A DNA stretch of 64,000 nucleotides from a virus (lineage: Duplodnaviria > Heunggongvirae > Uroviricota > Caudoviricetes). The notes under the pieces are model-generated. The model saw nothing but the letters and a program-made list of their open reading frames with translations. It was not told where the DNA came from and made no database searches. Position numbers and translations under genes: made by a program. Position 1 is the first letter of the stretch. Each line of letters opens with the position of its first letter. The stretch covers positions 64,001 to 128,000 of IMG/VR virus record IMGVR_UViG_3300036766_001364; one strand, 5' to 3'. Below are positions 9,433 to 19,081 of the stretch, in pieces.

Positions 9433-10788
9433 GTGGGAAACGCGATCGTCATCGCCGGGCTTGGTTTCGGCGACGAGGGCAAGGGCACGACGGTAGATTA
9501 CCTCGCTCGCGAGACGGGCGCGCGCCTCGTCGTCCGATACAACGGCGGACCCCAGGCAGCCCACAACGTTGTGACTGACGATGGGCGCCACCACACGTTC
9601 GCACAGTTCGGGAGCGGCGCGTTCGCCGGTGCCGCCACTCATCTCAGTCGCTTCATGCTCGTTAACCCAGAGGCGGTGTTCGTCGAGGCAGATCACCTCA
9701 GGCGCCGTGGGGTCTCAGACCCGTGTGCCGGCATGACTGTGGACCGCGATGCGCTGATCGTCACTCGCTACCACGTGGCGGCGAATCGCATACGCGAGAC
9801 GGCGCGCGGAGCCGGTCGCCACGGGAGCTGCGGGATGGGAGTCGGCGAGGCGCGTGGAGACTCGCTTCGACCTGGTGGAGACGCCCTGAGCATCTTCGCG
9901 CGCGACCTGTCGTTGGGCGCTAGCCAGCTGCGCGCAAAGCTCAACGTGATCCGCGAGCTCAAGCTCGCCGAGCTCGCCGACGAGATCGACGCCGCTGGTG
10001 ACGCGGCCGCAGCAGACGTTGAGGTCCTCACGTCGACGATGCGAGTTGACTTCTACGCCGCGCTGTACGTGCGCTTCGCCGGGTCGGTCAGGATCGTGGA
10101 CGGAGTCGACCTGCTCAAGAACTCCCTGCGCGGCGATGGGACGGTGATCTTCGAGGGGGCGCAAGGAGTCCTCCTGGACGAATCGTACGGGTTTCACCCG
10201 TACACGACGTGGACCGACACGACGTTTGGGAACGCCGATCGACTGATGGTCGACGCGATGCACGACCCGCAGCGGATCGAGCGACTCGGGGTGCTCAGGG
10301 CCATGGCGACGCGGCACGGTCCCGGGCCGTTCGTGACCGAGGACGCCGACCTCACGCACGATCGGCCCGACGCGTACAACGTCGACACCTCGTGGCAGCG
10401 CGATTTTAGGGTCGGGCACTTCGACGCCGTCGCCGTGAGATACGCCCTCGCTGTCGCCCCGCTATACGGGCCCATCGACGGGCTCGTCATCACGCACATG
10501 GATCTCCGAGGCAGCGGCGATCGGGTGTGCGTCAAGTACGGGCATAGAGAACGCGGCGCGATCTCTGATATCGCGATCTCTGAGAAGCCAGACCTCTCGT
10601 ATCAAGAACAGCTGACGTCGAGGCTATTCGAAGCGACGCCTGTCTACGAGACGCCGCCGTTTGACGATCGTGGGTTCTTCGAGTACGTCGAGGGCTTCAC
10701 CGAGAAGCCGATCCGGCTCGCGTCGTTTGGACCGAAGCCGTCTGACAAGATGGCCGTGCATGGTCTCTCTCGTAGCCTGAGGGGGTAG
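9433..10788 (+). CDS. purA: divergent adenylosuccinate synthetase (PurA-like)
   Basis: GFGDEGKG P-loop, GGPQAAH, GSCGMG, FEGAQGVLLD, TRHGPGPFVTE; AGGAGG RBS. Confidence 0.8.
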   Translation: MGNAIVIAGLGFGDEGKGTTVDYLARETGARLVVRYNGGPQAAHNVVTDDGRHHTFAQFGSGAFAGAATHLSRFMLVNPEAVFVEADHLRRRGVSDPCAGMTVDRDALIVTRYHVAANRIRETARGAGRHGSCGMGVGEARGDSLRPGGDALSIFARDLSLGASQLRAKLNVIRELKLAELADEIDAAGDAAAADVEVLTSTMRVDFYAALYVRFAGSVRIVDGVDLLKNSLRGDGTVIFEGAQGVLLDESYGFHPYTTWTDTTFGNADRLMVDAMHDPQRIERLGVLRAMATRHGPGPFVTEDADLTHDRPDAYNVDTSWQRDFRVGHFDAVAVRYALAVAPLYGPIDGLVITHMDLRGSGDRVCVKYGHRERGAISDIAISEKPDLSYQEQLTSRLFEATPVYETPPFDDRGFFEYVEGFTEKPIRLASFGPKPSDKMAVHGLSRSLRG

Positions 10789-10797
10789 CATGACTGC

Positions 10798-11268
10798 GTG
10801 TCGAGCCTTCTCTATATAGGGATCGATCCAGCCACGAAGTGTGGCTGGGCGAAGATCACGTCGTCGGGCGAACGCTTGGACAGCGGAGTGTGGAACCTTG
10901 AACGCCGTCGAGGAGACGGAGCGGGCATGCTCTATGTCCGCTTTGACAGGCTGTTCAGGGAGGTCGTCGAGGCCTCGCCCGGCGCGGTGGTCGCTTACGA
11001 ACAGCAGAGCAATCGATTCATCGGTTCGGCGCACGTCGGCCTCGGGATCATCGCGCACCTGCAGCGGGCGTGTGAAGAGCTCAGCGTGCCGTACACCGGC
11101 GTCACGTACTCGACGATCAAGAAGTTGGCCACGGGTTCTGGTGTCGCCAAGAAAGAAGCGATGGTGGCGGCCGCGCTCAAGAGGTGGCCCGAGCTGCCGG
11201 CCGACACGACCGACGATGAAGCCGATGCGCTGTGGAGCGCAGAGTGCGCGCGGACGGGCATGGTCTGA
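10798..11268 (+). CDS. RuvC-like Holliday junction resolvase
   Basis: IGIDPATKCGWA, VAYEQ, IKKLATGSG.AKKEAM, DDEADAL. Confidence 0.8.
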   Translation: MSSLLYIGIDPATKCGWAKITSSGERLDSGVWNLERRRGDGAGMLYVRFDRLFREVVEASPGAVVAYEQQSNRFIGSAHVGLGIIAHLQRACEELSVPYTGVTYSTIKKLATGSGVAKKEAMVAAALKRWPELPADTTDDEADALWSAECARTGMV

Positions 11269-11397
11269 AGTCGTGATCGCGCGTCGGCATGATCCGGAAG
11301 AATGATGTCAGGAGAGACCGTATCAGATGATGCGGTATGGTCTATCTGCCGTTCGGTTCTTTGAACGAAAACTGCTCGCGCTGAAAGGTCCTGTCTG

Positions 11398-12060
11398 ATG
11401 TCAGATGTCATGGCCGATCTCGAGACGCTGAGCACGCGTCAGCACGCGCTCTTCATGTCGATCGGGGCGGTGGCGTTTGACCCACGTGGGTCTAGGGTCA
11501 ACCGCGATCCGGGGAATGTCTTCTACCAGAACGTCGACATCGTGAGCGCCCAACGCGCTGGCCTCCACGTCGACGGAGAGACGATCGTCTGGTGGTTCAA
11601 GCAGTCTGATGCCGCGCGGAGCGCGTTCAAGGACCCCGCGCCGAGACCGATCGACGAGGTGCTCGAATCGTTCGCGCGGTGGTACAAACAGCACACCGAT
11701 CGGTCCAGCTTCGTGTGGAGTCATGGAGCGACGTTCGATATCCCGATCCTCACCGAGGCGTTCCAGCGCGTCGGGATGAAGGCCCCGTGGTTTTATTCGA
11801 GGGTCCACGACACGAGAACGCTTTTCGACCTCGTGGGGGTCAAGCTTCCACCCGCAGACCTGCGCGCCGGTGGGCACAACGCTCTTCACGACGCGATCGC
11901 TCAGGCAGAACACGTGCAGCTCTGCACCAAGCGCATCTTCGCGCTGGCCGGCGCGATCCCACAGCAGTCAGAGGGAGATCCGCGAGACGAAGCCGTCGAA
12001 CCGGTCGTCGACAGCGACGCTGCCGACGGCGCGAGCGCTGACGCCGAGATCGTGATCTAG
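11398..12060 (+). CDS. DEDDh 3'-5' exonuclease (phage type)
   Basis: MADLETL, WSHGATFDIPIL, HDTRT, HNALHDA. Confidence 0.85.
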   Translation: MSDVMADLETLSTRQHALFMSIGAVAFDPRGSRVNRDPGNVFYQNVDIVSAQRAGLHVDGETIVWWFKQSDAARSAFKDPAPRPIDEVLESFARWYKQHTDRSSFVWSHGATFDIPILTEAFQRVGMKAPWFYSRVHDTRTLFDLVGVKLPPADLRAGGHNALHDAIAQAEHVQLCTKRIFALAGAIPQQSEGDPRDEAVEPVVDSDAADGASADAEIVI

Positions 12061-12065
12061 GAGAG

Positions 12066-12287
12066 GTGGAGCGAGTCGTCCAAGTCATGCAGACTCTGCT
12101 CGTCCAGGGCCAACGCCAGCCAGACGGTGACGCGATCCCAGACGCGGTGCAGGTCATATGCTCTGACGGCACGGTGACGCTCTCGTTCAGGGCCGATCCC
12201 GATCCAAACACGGTCCCCGTCGTCGGCGAGCGCTACCTCGTCCAGATCACCAAGGTGCCCAGCCTCGGTGTGCGCGTCGGAGAATGA
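12066..12287 (+). CDS. hypothetical protein
   Basis: RBS GGAGAG, overlap with next gene. Confidence 0.5.
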   Translation: MERVVQVMQTLLVQGQRQPDGDAIPDAVQVICSDGTVTLSFRADPDPNTVPVVGERYLVQITKVPSLGVRVGE

Positions 12288-12706
12288 ATTCTCTTGGGTT
12301 TTTGATGACGGCCGCTGCATTTCATAATGGCGCTACTGAGTCGGTACTATTATCTCAGGAGCAGCGCGCGATGGGCCCACACCGCATGGTCATATCTGAG
12401 CTCGCAGACGGGCACGTCAACCCGATGGGCGCATGCGAAGCGATCGCTGCCGATGGCTACATCGACGCGGCGCTCGAGACGCTGACGCGGGACGAACCGA
12501 TTCTCGCGCGCTGGCTGCACGGCGACCCCGACCTCGATGTCGCGCTCAGGGGCACGATGTCGGCGATCTACGGAGTGATGCGGAGCGACGCCCAGTCGGG
12601 GATCCCGTTCGAGCTCTCGCTCGAGCGCATTCGAACAGTGATCTTTCGCCTGATGTGCGCCGTCGCCTGGGGAGCGGCCACGCGCGACCGGGCGTCGGTC
12701 AACTAG
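12284..12706 (+). CDS. hypothetical protein (start uncertain)
   Basis: ORF in operon; a promoter motif inside its 5' end suggests a later start. Confidence 0.5.
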   Translation: MNSLGFLMTAAAFHNGATESVLLSQEQRAMGPHRMVISELADGHVNPMGACEAIAADGYIDAALETLTRDEPILARWLHGDPDLDVALRGTMSAIYGVMRSDAQSGIPFELSLERIRTVIFRLMCAVAWGAATRDRASVN

Positions 12707-12728
12707 GCGCGTCGATAGGAGGCGTGAC

Positions 12729-13394
12729 ATGGAACCAGGGAAATATTGGATGGTCACTCACGATGGTCGCGAGATCTTCGCCGACGTCGTGGGAGAGATC
12801 GTGCTTGACGCGGGCGATCTGCTCGTCGTCTCGGCGTACGAGATGTCTGCGTTGCACGCGAGGGTGGAGCACGAGGAACCGATCATCGTCGACGGGAGGA
12901 TGATCCCGCTTGGAAAGCTCGCCACGCTGCACGTCGTCAGCGACTCCGGAAAGCGCGCGTCATACGTCGTCACGAGCAGCAAGATCTCCGACCTCATCGA
13001 GGTCACGAGCGACCAGGCTTCAATCGCCGAGACCGTCGTTCGCGCGACGGTCCGCGTTGCAGACGAGACCGCTGTAGACGTGCTGATCGCGAGTGATCAA
13101 TCAGATTCTAGTGATGAGAACGGCGATGGCGACTCGGGCGGCAGCGGCGAGAGCGACCAGGACGCTCGCCAAGACGAGGATGGCCAAGGCGAGCAGGCGA
13201 CTCCGCCTGATCAGGGCGACCAAGACGCCGGAACGACGCTGTCTATCAATGAATCGTTCACGGTCACAACGGTCATCGATCAGTCTGTGCGAGATGCGCT
13301 GGCCGGTGATCAGTCGACCCAAAGCGCGCCAAAGATCGCGAAGAAGCGGGCGAAGGCTCCTGTGCGCGCGTCGAGGTCGCCTTCGAAAAAGTAG
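12729..13394 (+). CDS. hypothetical protein with acidic low-complexity region
   Basis: GGAGG RBS, ORF 221 aa. Confidence 0.65.
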   Translation: MEPGKYWMVTHDGREIFADVVGEIVLDAGDLLVVSAYEMSALHARVEHEEPIIVDGRMIPLGKLATLHVVSDSGKRASYVVTSSKISDLIEVTSDQASIAETVVRATVRVADETAVDVLIASDQSDSSDENGDGDSGGSGESDQDARQDEDGQGEQATPPDQGDQDAGTTLSINESFTVTTVIDQSVRDALAGDQSTQSAPKIAKKRAKAPVRASRSPSKK

Positions 13395-13454
13395 GTCGTC
13401 GGGTTTCATCGCGGCGAGCTGAGCGACGACAATATCGCGTACCAGGAGCACGCA

Positions 13455-13910
13455 ATGGCCACAGAACCATGCCTGACGTTCATGAAGTCCGCGTCGCATT
13501 CGGGTGTCCCCGGATTCAGCATCGGCGAATCTGCGCGGGCGATCTGCCGCGCCATGGACTACGTGGTCGGCAGACAGCCGCTCGACAAGTCGGTCGACGC
13601 GGTCCGCACGAGCTACTGGCCGAACCTGTCAAAGCAGGTCGAGGGCGGGCTCCAGCACGTCATATCTGTCGACAACGCCGCCGGGTACGCAGAGCTCTGG
13701 TCGCGCGGCGGGAACTGGTATGCCGTCACGGGCGCGACCATGCCGGGAGACGCTTCTCTCAAGAAGTCGGCGAAGTGGGCGGTGTACGAGATCCCGAGGC
13801 TGCGCAAGGGGCTGGGCATCGAGGAGGCCACCGCGATTTTCCTCTCGCGCCTGTTCGGCGACGAGCCGCTGAAGAAGAGCGGCGGCTGCAACTGCGGCGG
13901 GAGACGGTGA
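13455..13910 (+). CDS. hypothetical protein, putative head-associated
   Basis: AGGAG RBS; LxK-S motifs (LDKS, LKKS twice). Confidence 0.65.
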   Translation: MATEPCLTFMKSASHSGVPGFSIGESARAICRAMDYVVGRQPLDKSVDAVRTSYWPNLSKQVEGGLQHVISVDNAAGYAELWSRGGNWYAVTGATMPGDASLKKSAKWAVYEIPRLRKGLGIEEATAIFLSRLFGDEPLKKSGGCNCGGRR

Positions 13911-14167
13911 TGGGAGACTCGATCGTCGACGCGATCGACGCCGTCCTCGCTGCGGTCTTCTGGCTGCCGGCCCACCTGATCGGCTACAAGAAGTGCAGCA
14001 AGTGCACAGCGCGCGTGCGCTGGTTTCAGTTCGTTTTCATCGCGACTGCGCCGATACGTCGCGTGCCCGCCGTCAGAAGTCGAAGGATCGATTGGGGCAT
14101 CAGGTCGCACACCATGGACGAGCGCAAGGCGCTTCGCCCAGCATCGTTCAAGGAGACAGTGACATGA
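13910..14167 (+). CDS. small hypothetical protein with CxxC
   Basis: ATG overlapping previous stop; stop overlaps next ATG. Confidence 0.45.
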   Translation: MGDSIVDAIDAVLAAVFWLPAHLIGYKKCSKCTARVRWFQFVFIATAPIRRVPAVRSRRIDWGIRSHTMDERKALRPASFKETVT

Positions 14168-15366
14168 CTATCGCCTTCGGTCAGGTGATCATCGAGAAGG
14201 GTGGACGCCGGTCGCTCGGTATGCAGTCGGCGATCTCCAAGTCGGAGACCGCGACAGAGCTCGAGCGGCGCCAGGACGGCGAAGGACCGTTCGTCGAGCA
14301 GGGCCCGATCGAAGCCGAGACTGTCGACGAATCGTTCACGCAAGCGCCGATCGACGTCCGCGAGAACGAGCGCTCGCTCGAGCACCGGCACTTCGGGCAC
14401 CCCGACGCGCACCCCGTCGGGATGCGGCACCGCAAGATCAGCTCTGACCCGAGCCACAGAGAAGAGGACCACCTGCTCGACGAGTGGAAGGACCTGTACG
14501 ACAAGGCGAAATCGGGGTCGTGCACGCCCATGGAGCTGCGTCGGATCCGCGACATCAGGGGGCGGCTCGAAGAGCTCAACGCGACGCGCATCGAGGACGC
14601 GCGCCGGATCATCGGCGACCAGCTCGAAAACCCGATGCGGGGCGACGAGCGGGTCGAGAACGCCGGGGTGGGCGCTGTGCCTCCGGTCGGAGGCGCTAAG
14701 GCCGCAGCCGGACAGTTAGCCGCACCCAAATGGAACGAAAGGGCCGATGCGCTGAGACCCGCCGGCGATCCATATGCGTGGCCGAAGAGGCAGATGGGGA
14801 AGAATTCGGGCTTGCGAAAGTCTATGGACGCCGCGATCATGCTGTCGAGCGCGATCATCAACGGCAGAGACGAGCCGCCGTATCCGGCAGACGAGCCTGA
14901 GGACGATGGGACCTACGGGGCGATGCCCGATCCCGCCGACGGTGAAGTCGCGCACGATCTCGCGGGTTCGGCGCGCAACGTCGGACCGTACGCCGGGGAC
15001 GTCAAGGAGCGCGGCGGTCCGGGGATCCCCGTCGAGAAGAGCCGACCGAAGGGCTGGACGAAGTCGTCCAGCAGCCAGTACTGGGACAAGGTGTCGAAGG
15101 GCTCGCACGACGAGTGCGTCGAACACGTGGGCGGGAACGTTGACGACCCGCACGCGTTCTGCGCGTGGGCCGAGCACGAGGGCACGGGGCACTGGCCTGG
15201 AGAGCGCCGGAAGGCGGAGAAGCAGATGCCGACGGCTGGGATGGCCCCGCAAGCGCCGCCGACTCCTCCCACGGTGTCGACGCGGCCGACGATCTTGGCC
15301 AGGTCGCAGCCAAACTCGGTGAACGTCTTCAAGGACGGGATCTCCACGGGCAGGCGGCCGCTCTAA
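14164..15366 (+). CDS. hypothetical protein, putative head cargo
   Basis: AGGAG RBS; ISKS/LRKS/VEKS motifs; Cys/His motif CVEHVGGNVDDPHAFCAWAEHEGTGHWPG. Confidence 0.7.
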   Translation: MTIAFGQVIIEKGGRRSLGMQSAISKSETATELERRQDGEGPFVEQGPIEAETVDESFTQAPIDVRENERSLEHRHFGHPDAHPVGMRHRKISSDPSHREEDHLLDEWKDLYDKAKSGSCTPMELRRIRDIRGRLEELNATRIEDARRIIGDQLENPMRGDERVENAGVGAVPPVGGAKAAAGQLAAPKWNERADALRPAGDPYAWPKRQMGKNSGLRKSMDAAIMLSSAIINGRDEPPYPADEPEDDGTYGAMPDPADGEVAHDLAGSARNVGPYAGDVKERGGPGIPVEKSRPKGWTKSSSSQYWDKVSKGSHDECVEHVGGNVDDPHAFCAWAEHEGTGHWPGERRKAEKQMPTAGMAPQAPPTPPTVSTRPTILARSQPNSVNVFKDGISTGRRPL

Positions 15367-15421
15367 CTGGGTATCATCGACTTGCACACCTCCGCCTCAC
15401 GGGGCGGGTGAGGATCGAAAC

Positions 15422-18400
15422 GTGTCTCCTTCAGCCCTGACTCAAGACCAGATCCGCATCTTTCAGGACAGGTACGCGACGCGCGACTCGGCGGGTGAGC
15501 TCACCGAGAAGTGGCCCGAAGAGTCGTGGAAGCGGGTCGCGCTGGGCGTGGCCGAGGCCGAGAGATACTACGCCGCGAGGAAGATCGGCGTCGACATCGA
15601 CGGCGCCGTGAGTGAGAACGCAGAGCGCTTCTACGAGCTGATGCGCGACTTCCGCTACGTGCCGGGCGGGCGCATCATCGCGGCGATGGGCACGGACGTG
15701 CAGGTCACCGCCCAGAACTGCTACGTCATCCCGAGCCCCGAGGACAGCCGGGGAGGGATCCTCCACAGCCTCTACGAGTGGGTCGAGATCCAGTCGCGCG
15801 GCGGGGGAGTCGGGGTTAACCTGTCGAGCCTCAGGCCGTCTGGCGCGCCCGTCAGGGGGGTCAACGGGACGTCGTCTGGTCCCGTGTCGTGGGCGCGCCT
15901 GTTCGCCGACGCGTCGCAGGTCATCATCCAGGGCGGGTCGCGCCGCGGGGCCGCGATGATCATGATGAACGACGACCACCCCGACGTCAAAGAGTTCATC
16001 CACGCGAAGGAGACTCCGGGAGTCCTTGAGGGCTGCAACATGAGCGTCTGCATCAGCGACGCGTTCATGCGGGCCGTGACCGACGACGGGCCGTGGGAGC
16101 TCAAGTGGGGCGGGAAGGTCTACGAGACGCTCAGGGCCCGCGACATGTGGCAGGACGTCGTGACCGCAGCGTGGCGCAGCGCCGAACCCGGCATCTACTT
16201 CATGGAGCGCGCGAACCAGGAAGCGAACTCGGGCTACTTCGAGACACTGATCTCCACCAACCCGTGCTTCACGGGCGACACCCTCATCGCGGTGGCCGAC
16301 GGGCGCGACGCGGTCTCGATCAAGCAGCTGGCCGAGGAGGGCGCGGACGTCCCGGTCTACTGCTGCGACGCCGACGGCGTGGTCCAGATCAGGACGGGCC
16401 GCCACCCGCGCGTGACGCGCGAGCGGGCGGAAGTCTGGAGGCTCACGCTCGACGACGGGAGCGCGATCCGCACGACGCCCGATCACAAGTACCTGCTCAG
16501 GGACGGGACCAAGGTCCCGATGCGCGACCTCAGGCCCGGGGACCGGCTGATGCCGTTCTCTAAGGCCGTGCTCAAGCGCAGGACCAACTCGTATATGACT
16601 GTCAATCGGAATGATGGACGCGCGCCAGTCATGGAACATCGCATGGTCGTCGAATCTAATCTTGGACGCCCACTGCGTGGTCATCCGGAAGAGATCATCC
16701 ATCACGCTGATTTCAATGGACTGAACAATGTGCTTTCAAATCTGCTTGTGATGAGCGATCGAGAGCACAAAGCACTTCATTATCAGACAGCGATAGGTCT
16801 TCAGGCTTGGTGGGCAGAGCAGGACTCTGAGGCAAAGACGCGACTCAACGGCATGAGCGGAAAGCGACATCGGCCAGAGTCGCTTGCTAAGATCGGAGCG
16901 AAGACGCGGGCCTACATGGCGGATCCTGAGGTCAAAGAGAGACAGCGTGCCGGAGTGCGCGAATGGTATGAAAACCACGGCACGGACTTTCTCAAGGGCG
17001 AACGCATCGAGCGAGAGAAGCGCGTCTGCGCTAATGGACATTGTAGCGTCCGGTTCGAGGCGCTTCCGAAGTCAACGCGGCGACACTGTTCGACCTATTG
17101 CAGCTTGGTCGTGCTCAATGAGGCGCAGCGTGGAGTGCCGCTCACGCCTGAGCATCGCGCGAAGGTCGGCGTTTCGTCTAAAGTGTGGGCGGAAACGCCT
17201 GAAGGACGCGCCTCGAAGGCTAAGGCCGGGCGCGAGACGTTCAGAAAGTACGCGCTGATGAACGGGAAGATTGCGTTCGAGCAAACAGGCGCTATCGACA
17301 TGAATCGATGGGATGATTATCGCGAGCTGGCGAAGGGCAATGGTTGTACTAAATTCGTCAGCAGAGCGACGATCGACAGGTTGTTTAGTACACGTGAGCA
17401 ATTCGTCGAACTGGCCGAGGCCTGGAATCATCGCGTAGTCTCGATCGAGCCCGATGGGTTCCAGGACGTATATAACCTGACCGTTGATGAGTTCCATACA
17501 GTGGCCGTCATTACAGTGCCTGACGGGGTCTCAAAGCGTTCTGGAGCGCGGGTGAAGACAGGTATCGTGACTGCCCAGTGCGGCGAACAGCCGCTCGGCC
17601 CCTATGGTGCCTGCCTGCTCGGCGCGTTCAACCTGGTCGCGTTCGTCAAGCAGTCAGACCACGGCGGCCGGGGCGAAGCGGGAGACGCCGCCGCGAACGC
17701 GTCGAACGCGAAATACTTCGACCTCGCCGAGTTCAAGAGGCTCGTCGCCGTCGCGGTCCGCTTCAACGACAACATCGTCGACATCAGCAGCTACCCGCTC
17801 CCCGAGTGCAGGGACTCTCAGCAGCGCATCCGCCGGATGGGCATCGGCGTCATGGGCCTCGCCGACGCGCTCATCGAGCTCGGCATGCGGTACGGCAGCG
17901 GCGAGGCGATCGAGTTCACCGGCAACGTGTTCAGGGAGATGCGCGACGCCGCGTACATGGCTTCCGCGCGCCTCGCAGAAGAGCGCGGGCCGTTCCCCCT
18001 GTTCGACAGCGAGAAGTTCCTGGACCGGCCGTTCGCCAGGCGGCTGCCCGAAGACGTGCGCCAAGAGATCGCTCGGTACGGCGTCAGGAACTGTTACCTC
18101 CTGACCCAGGCGCCCACGGGCACGACGGCGATGGTCGCGAACGTCAACAGCGGCATCGAACCGTTCTTCGACTTCCGCTATCGGCGCGTCGACCGGACCG
18201 GATCGTCGTGGATGTTGAGCCCGTACGCGCACCGCGTCTACGGCGACGATGGCCAGGGAGAGAGGCTCAAGAGCGTCGATCCGGTGTACGTCACGGCCAA
18301 CGAGGTCACGCCCGCAGAGCACGTGCTCATGCAGGCCGCAGCGCAGAAGTTCGTTGACGCCAGCATCAGCAAGACGGCGAACATGCCAGAGTCGGCGACA

Positions 18401-19030
18401 GTCGGCGACGTCGGAGAGATCTACGCGATGGCGTGGGACGTCGGGCTCAAGAGCCTGAGCGTGTACCGCGACAACAGCCGCTCTGAGCAGGTCCTCTACC
18501 ACGATAAGGAAGACGAGGCGGCCGCCCAGGCGCCGCCGCCGATCGCCGCGCGGCACAAGCTCCCCAACGATCGCGCGGCGCTGACGCACAAGTTCGAGAT
18601 CGGAGACTACGAGGGGTACATCACGGTCGGGATGTACGAAGACGGGACACCCGGAGAGGTGTTCGTCAAGGTCAGCAAGCAGGGGTCGACGGTCAACGGG
18701 CTCGTGGACGTGATCGCGATGCTGATGTCGTTCTGCATGCAGTACGGCGTTCCCTACGAGACGCTCAGGGACAAGCTCTCCGGATCGCTGTTCGAGCCGG
18801 CCGGACGCACGTCGAACAAGGACGTGCCGTTCGCGACGAGCCTTCCCGACTACGTGGTGCGCTTCTTAGACAGGAAGTTCTGGTCGAGGGAAGCGGCCGA
18901 ACCGGCGTTCGTAGAACGCGCGATCGCGGGGTCTCCGACGGGAGAGGCCTGTCCCAAGTGTGGCGGGACGCTGTGGAAGGCAGAGGGCTGTGCGTCGTGC
19001 CGCAACTGCACATACGAGCGGTGCAGCTGA
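15422..19030 (+). CDS. nrdJ: class II (B12-dependent) ribonucleotide reductase with intein
   Basis: PGGRI, GGGVG, SRRGAAM, NP|CGEQPL, RRMGIGVMG, APTGT, DASISKT, C-terminal TSCPD-like domain and Zn ribbon. Confidence 0.92.
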   Translation: MSPSALTQDQIRIFQDRYATRDSAGELTEKWPEESWKRVALGVAEAERYYAARKIGVDIDGAVSENAERFYELMRDFRYVPGGRIIAAMGTDVQVTAQNCYVIPSPEDSRGGILHSLYEWVEIQSRGGGVGVNLSSLRPSGAPVRGVNGTSSGPVSWARLFADASQVIIQGGSRRGAAMIMMNDDHPDVKEFIHAKETPGVLEGCNMSVCISDAFMRAVTDDGPWELKWGGKVYETLRARDMWQDVVTAAWRSAEPGIYFMERANQEANSGYFETLISTNPCFTGDTLIAVADGRDAVSIKQLAEEGADVPVYCCDADGVVQIRTGRHPRVTRERAEVWRLTLDDGSAIRTTPDHKYLLRDGTKVPMRDLRPGDRLMPFSKAVLKRRTNSYMTVNRNDGRAPVMEHRMVVESNLGRPLRGHPEEIIHHADFNGLNNVLSNLLVMSDREHKALHYQTAIGLQAWWAEQDSEAKTRLNGMSGKRHRPESLAKIGAKTRAYMADPEVKERQRAGVREWYENHGTDFLKGERIEREKRVCANGHCSVRFEALPKSTRRHCSTYCSLVVLNEAQRGVPLTPEHRAKVGVSSKVWAETPEGRASKAKAGRETFRKYALMNGKIAFEQTGAIDMNRWDDYRELAKGNGCTKFVSRATIDRLFSTREQFVELAEAWNHRVVSIEPDGFQDVYNLTVDEFHTVAVITVPDGVSKRSGARVKTGIVTAQCGEQPLGPYGACLLGAFNLVAFVKQSDHGGRGEAGDAAANASNAKYFDLAEFKRLVAVAVRFNDNIVDISSYPLPECRDSQQRIRRMGIGVMGLADALIELGMRYGSGEAIEFTGNVFREMRDAAYMASARLAEERGPFPLFDSEKFLDRPFARRLPEDVRQEIARYGVRNCYLLTQAPTGTTAMVANVNSGIEPFFDFRYRRVDRTGSSWMLSPYAHRVYGDDGQGERLKSVDPVYVTANEVTPAEHVLMQAAAQKFVDASISKTANMPESATVGDVGEIYAMAWDVGLKSLSVYRDNSRSEQVLYHDKEDEAAAQAPPPIAARHKLPNDRAALTHKFEIGDYEGYITVGMYEDGTPGEVFVKVSKQGSTVNGLVDVIAMLMSFCMQYGVPYETLRDKLSGSLFEPAGRTSNKDVPFATSLPDYVVRFLDRKFWSREAAEPAFVERAIAGSPTGEACPKCGGTLWKAEGCASCRNCTYERCS
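16265..17578 (+). mobile_element. intein (438 aa) with HNH endonuclease, C-terminal Gln
   Basis: Starts CFTGDTLIAV; block B TTPDHKYL; HNH EHRMV...IIHHADFNGLNNVLSNL; block F VYNLTVDEFH; ends TAQ before catalytic Cys (CGEQ). Confidence 0.9.
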
Positions 19031-19081
19031 GGTTTTCTCAGACGCCGCAGCTGTCCGATAATCACGGTGGGGGATCAGCCT

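Noticed and set aside
9433-10788. PurZ (2-aminoadenine Z-genome pathway)
   Set aside because: P-loop is GDEGKG with the PurA Asp, not the Ser-containing PurZ variant; no DatZ/MazZ-like genes in the window
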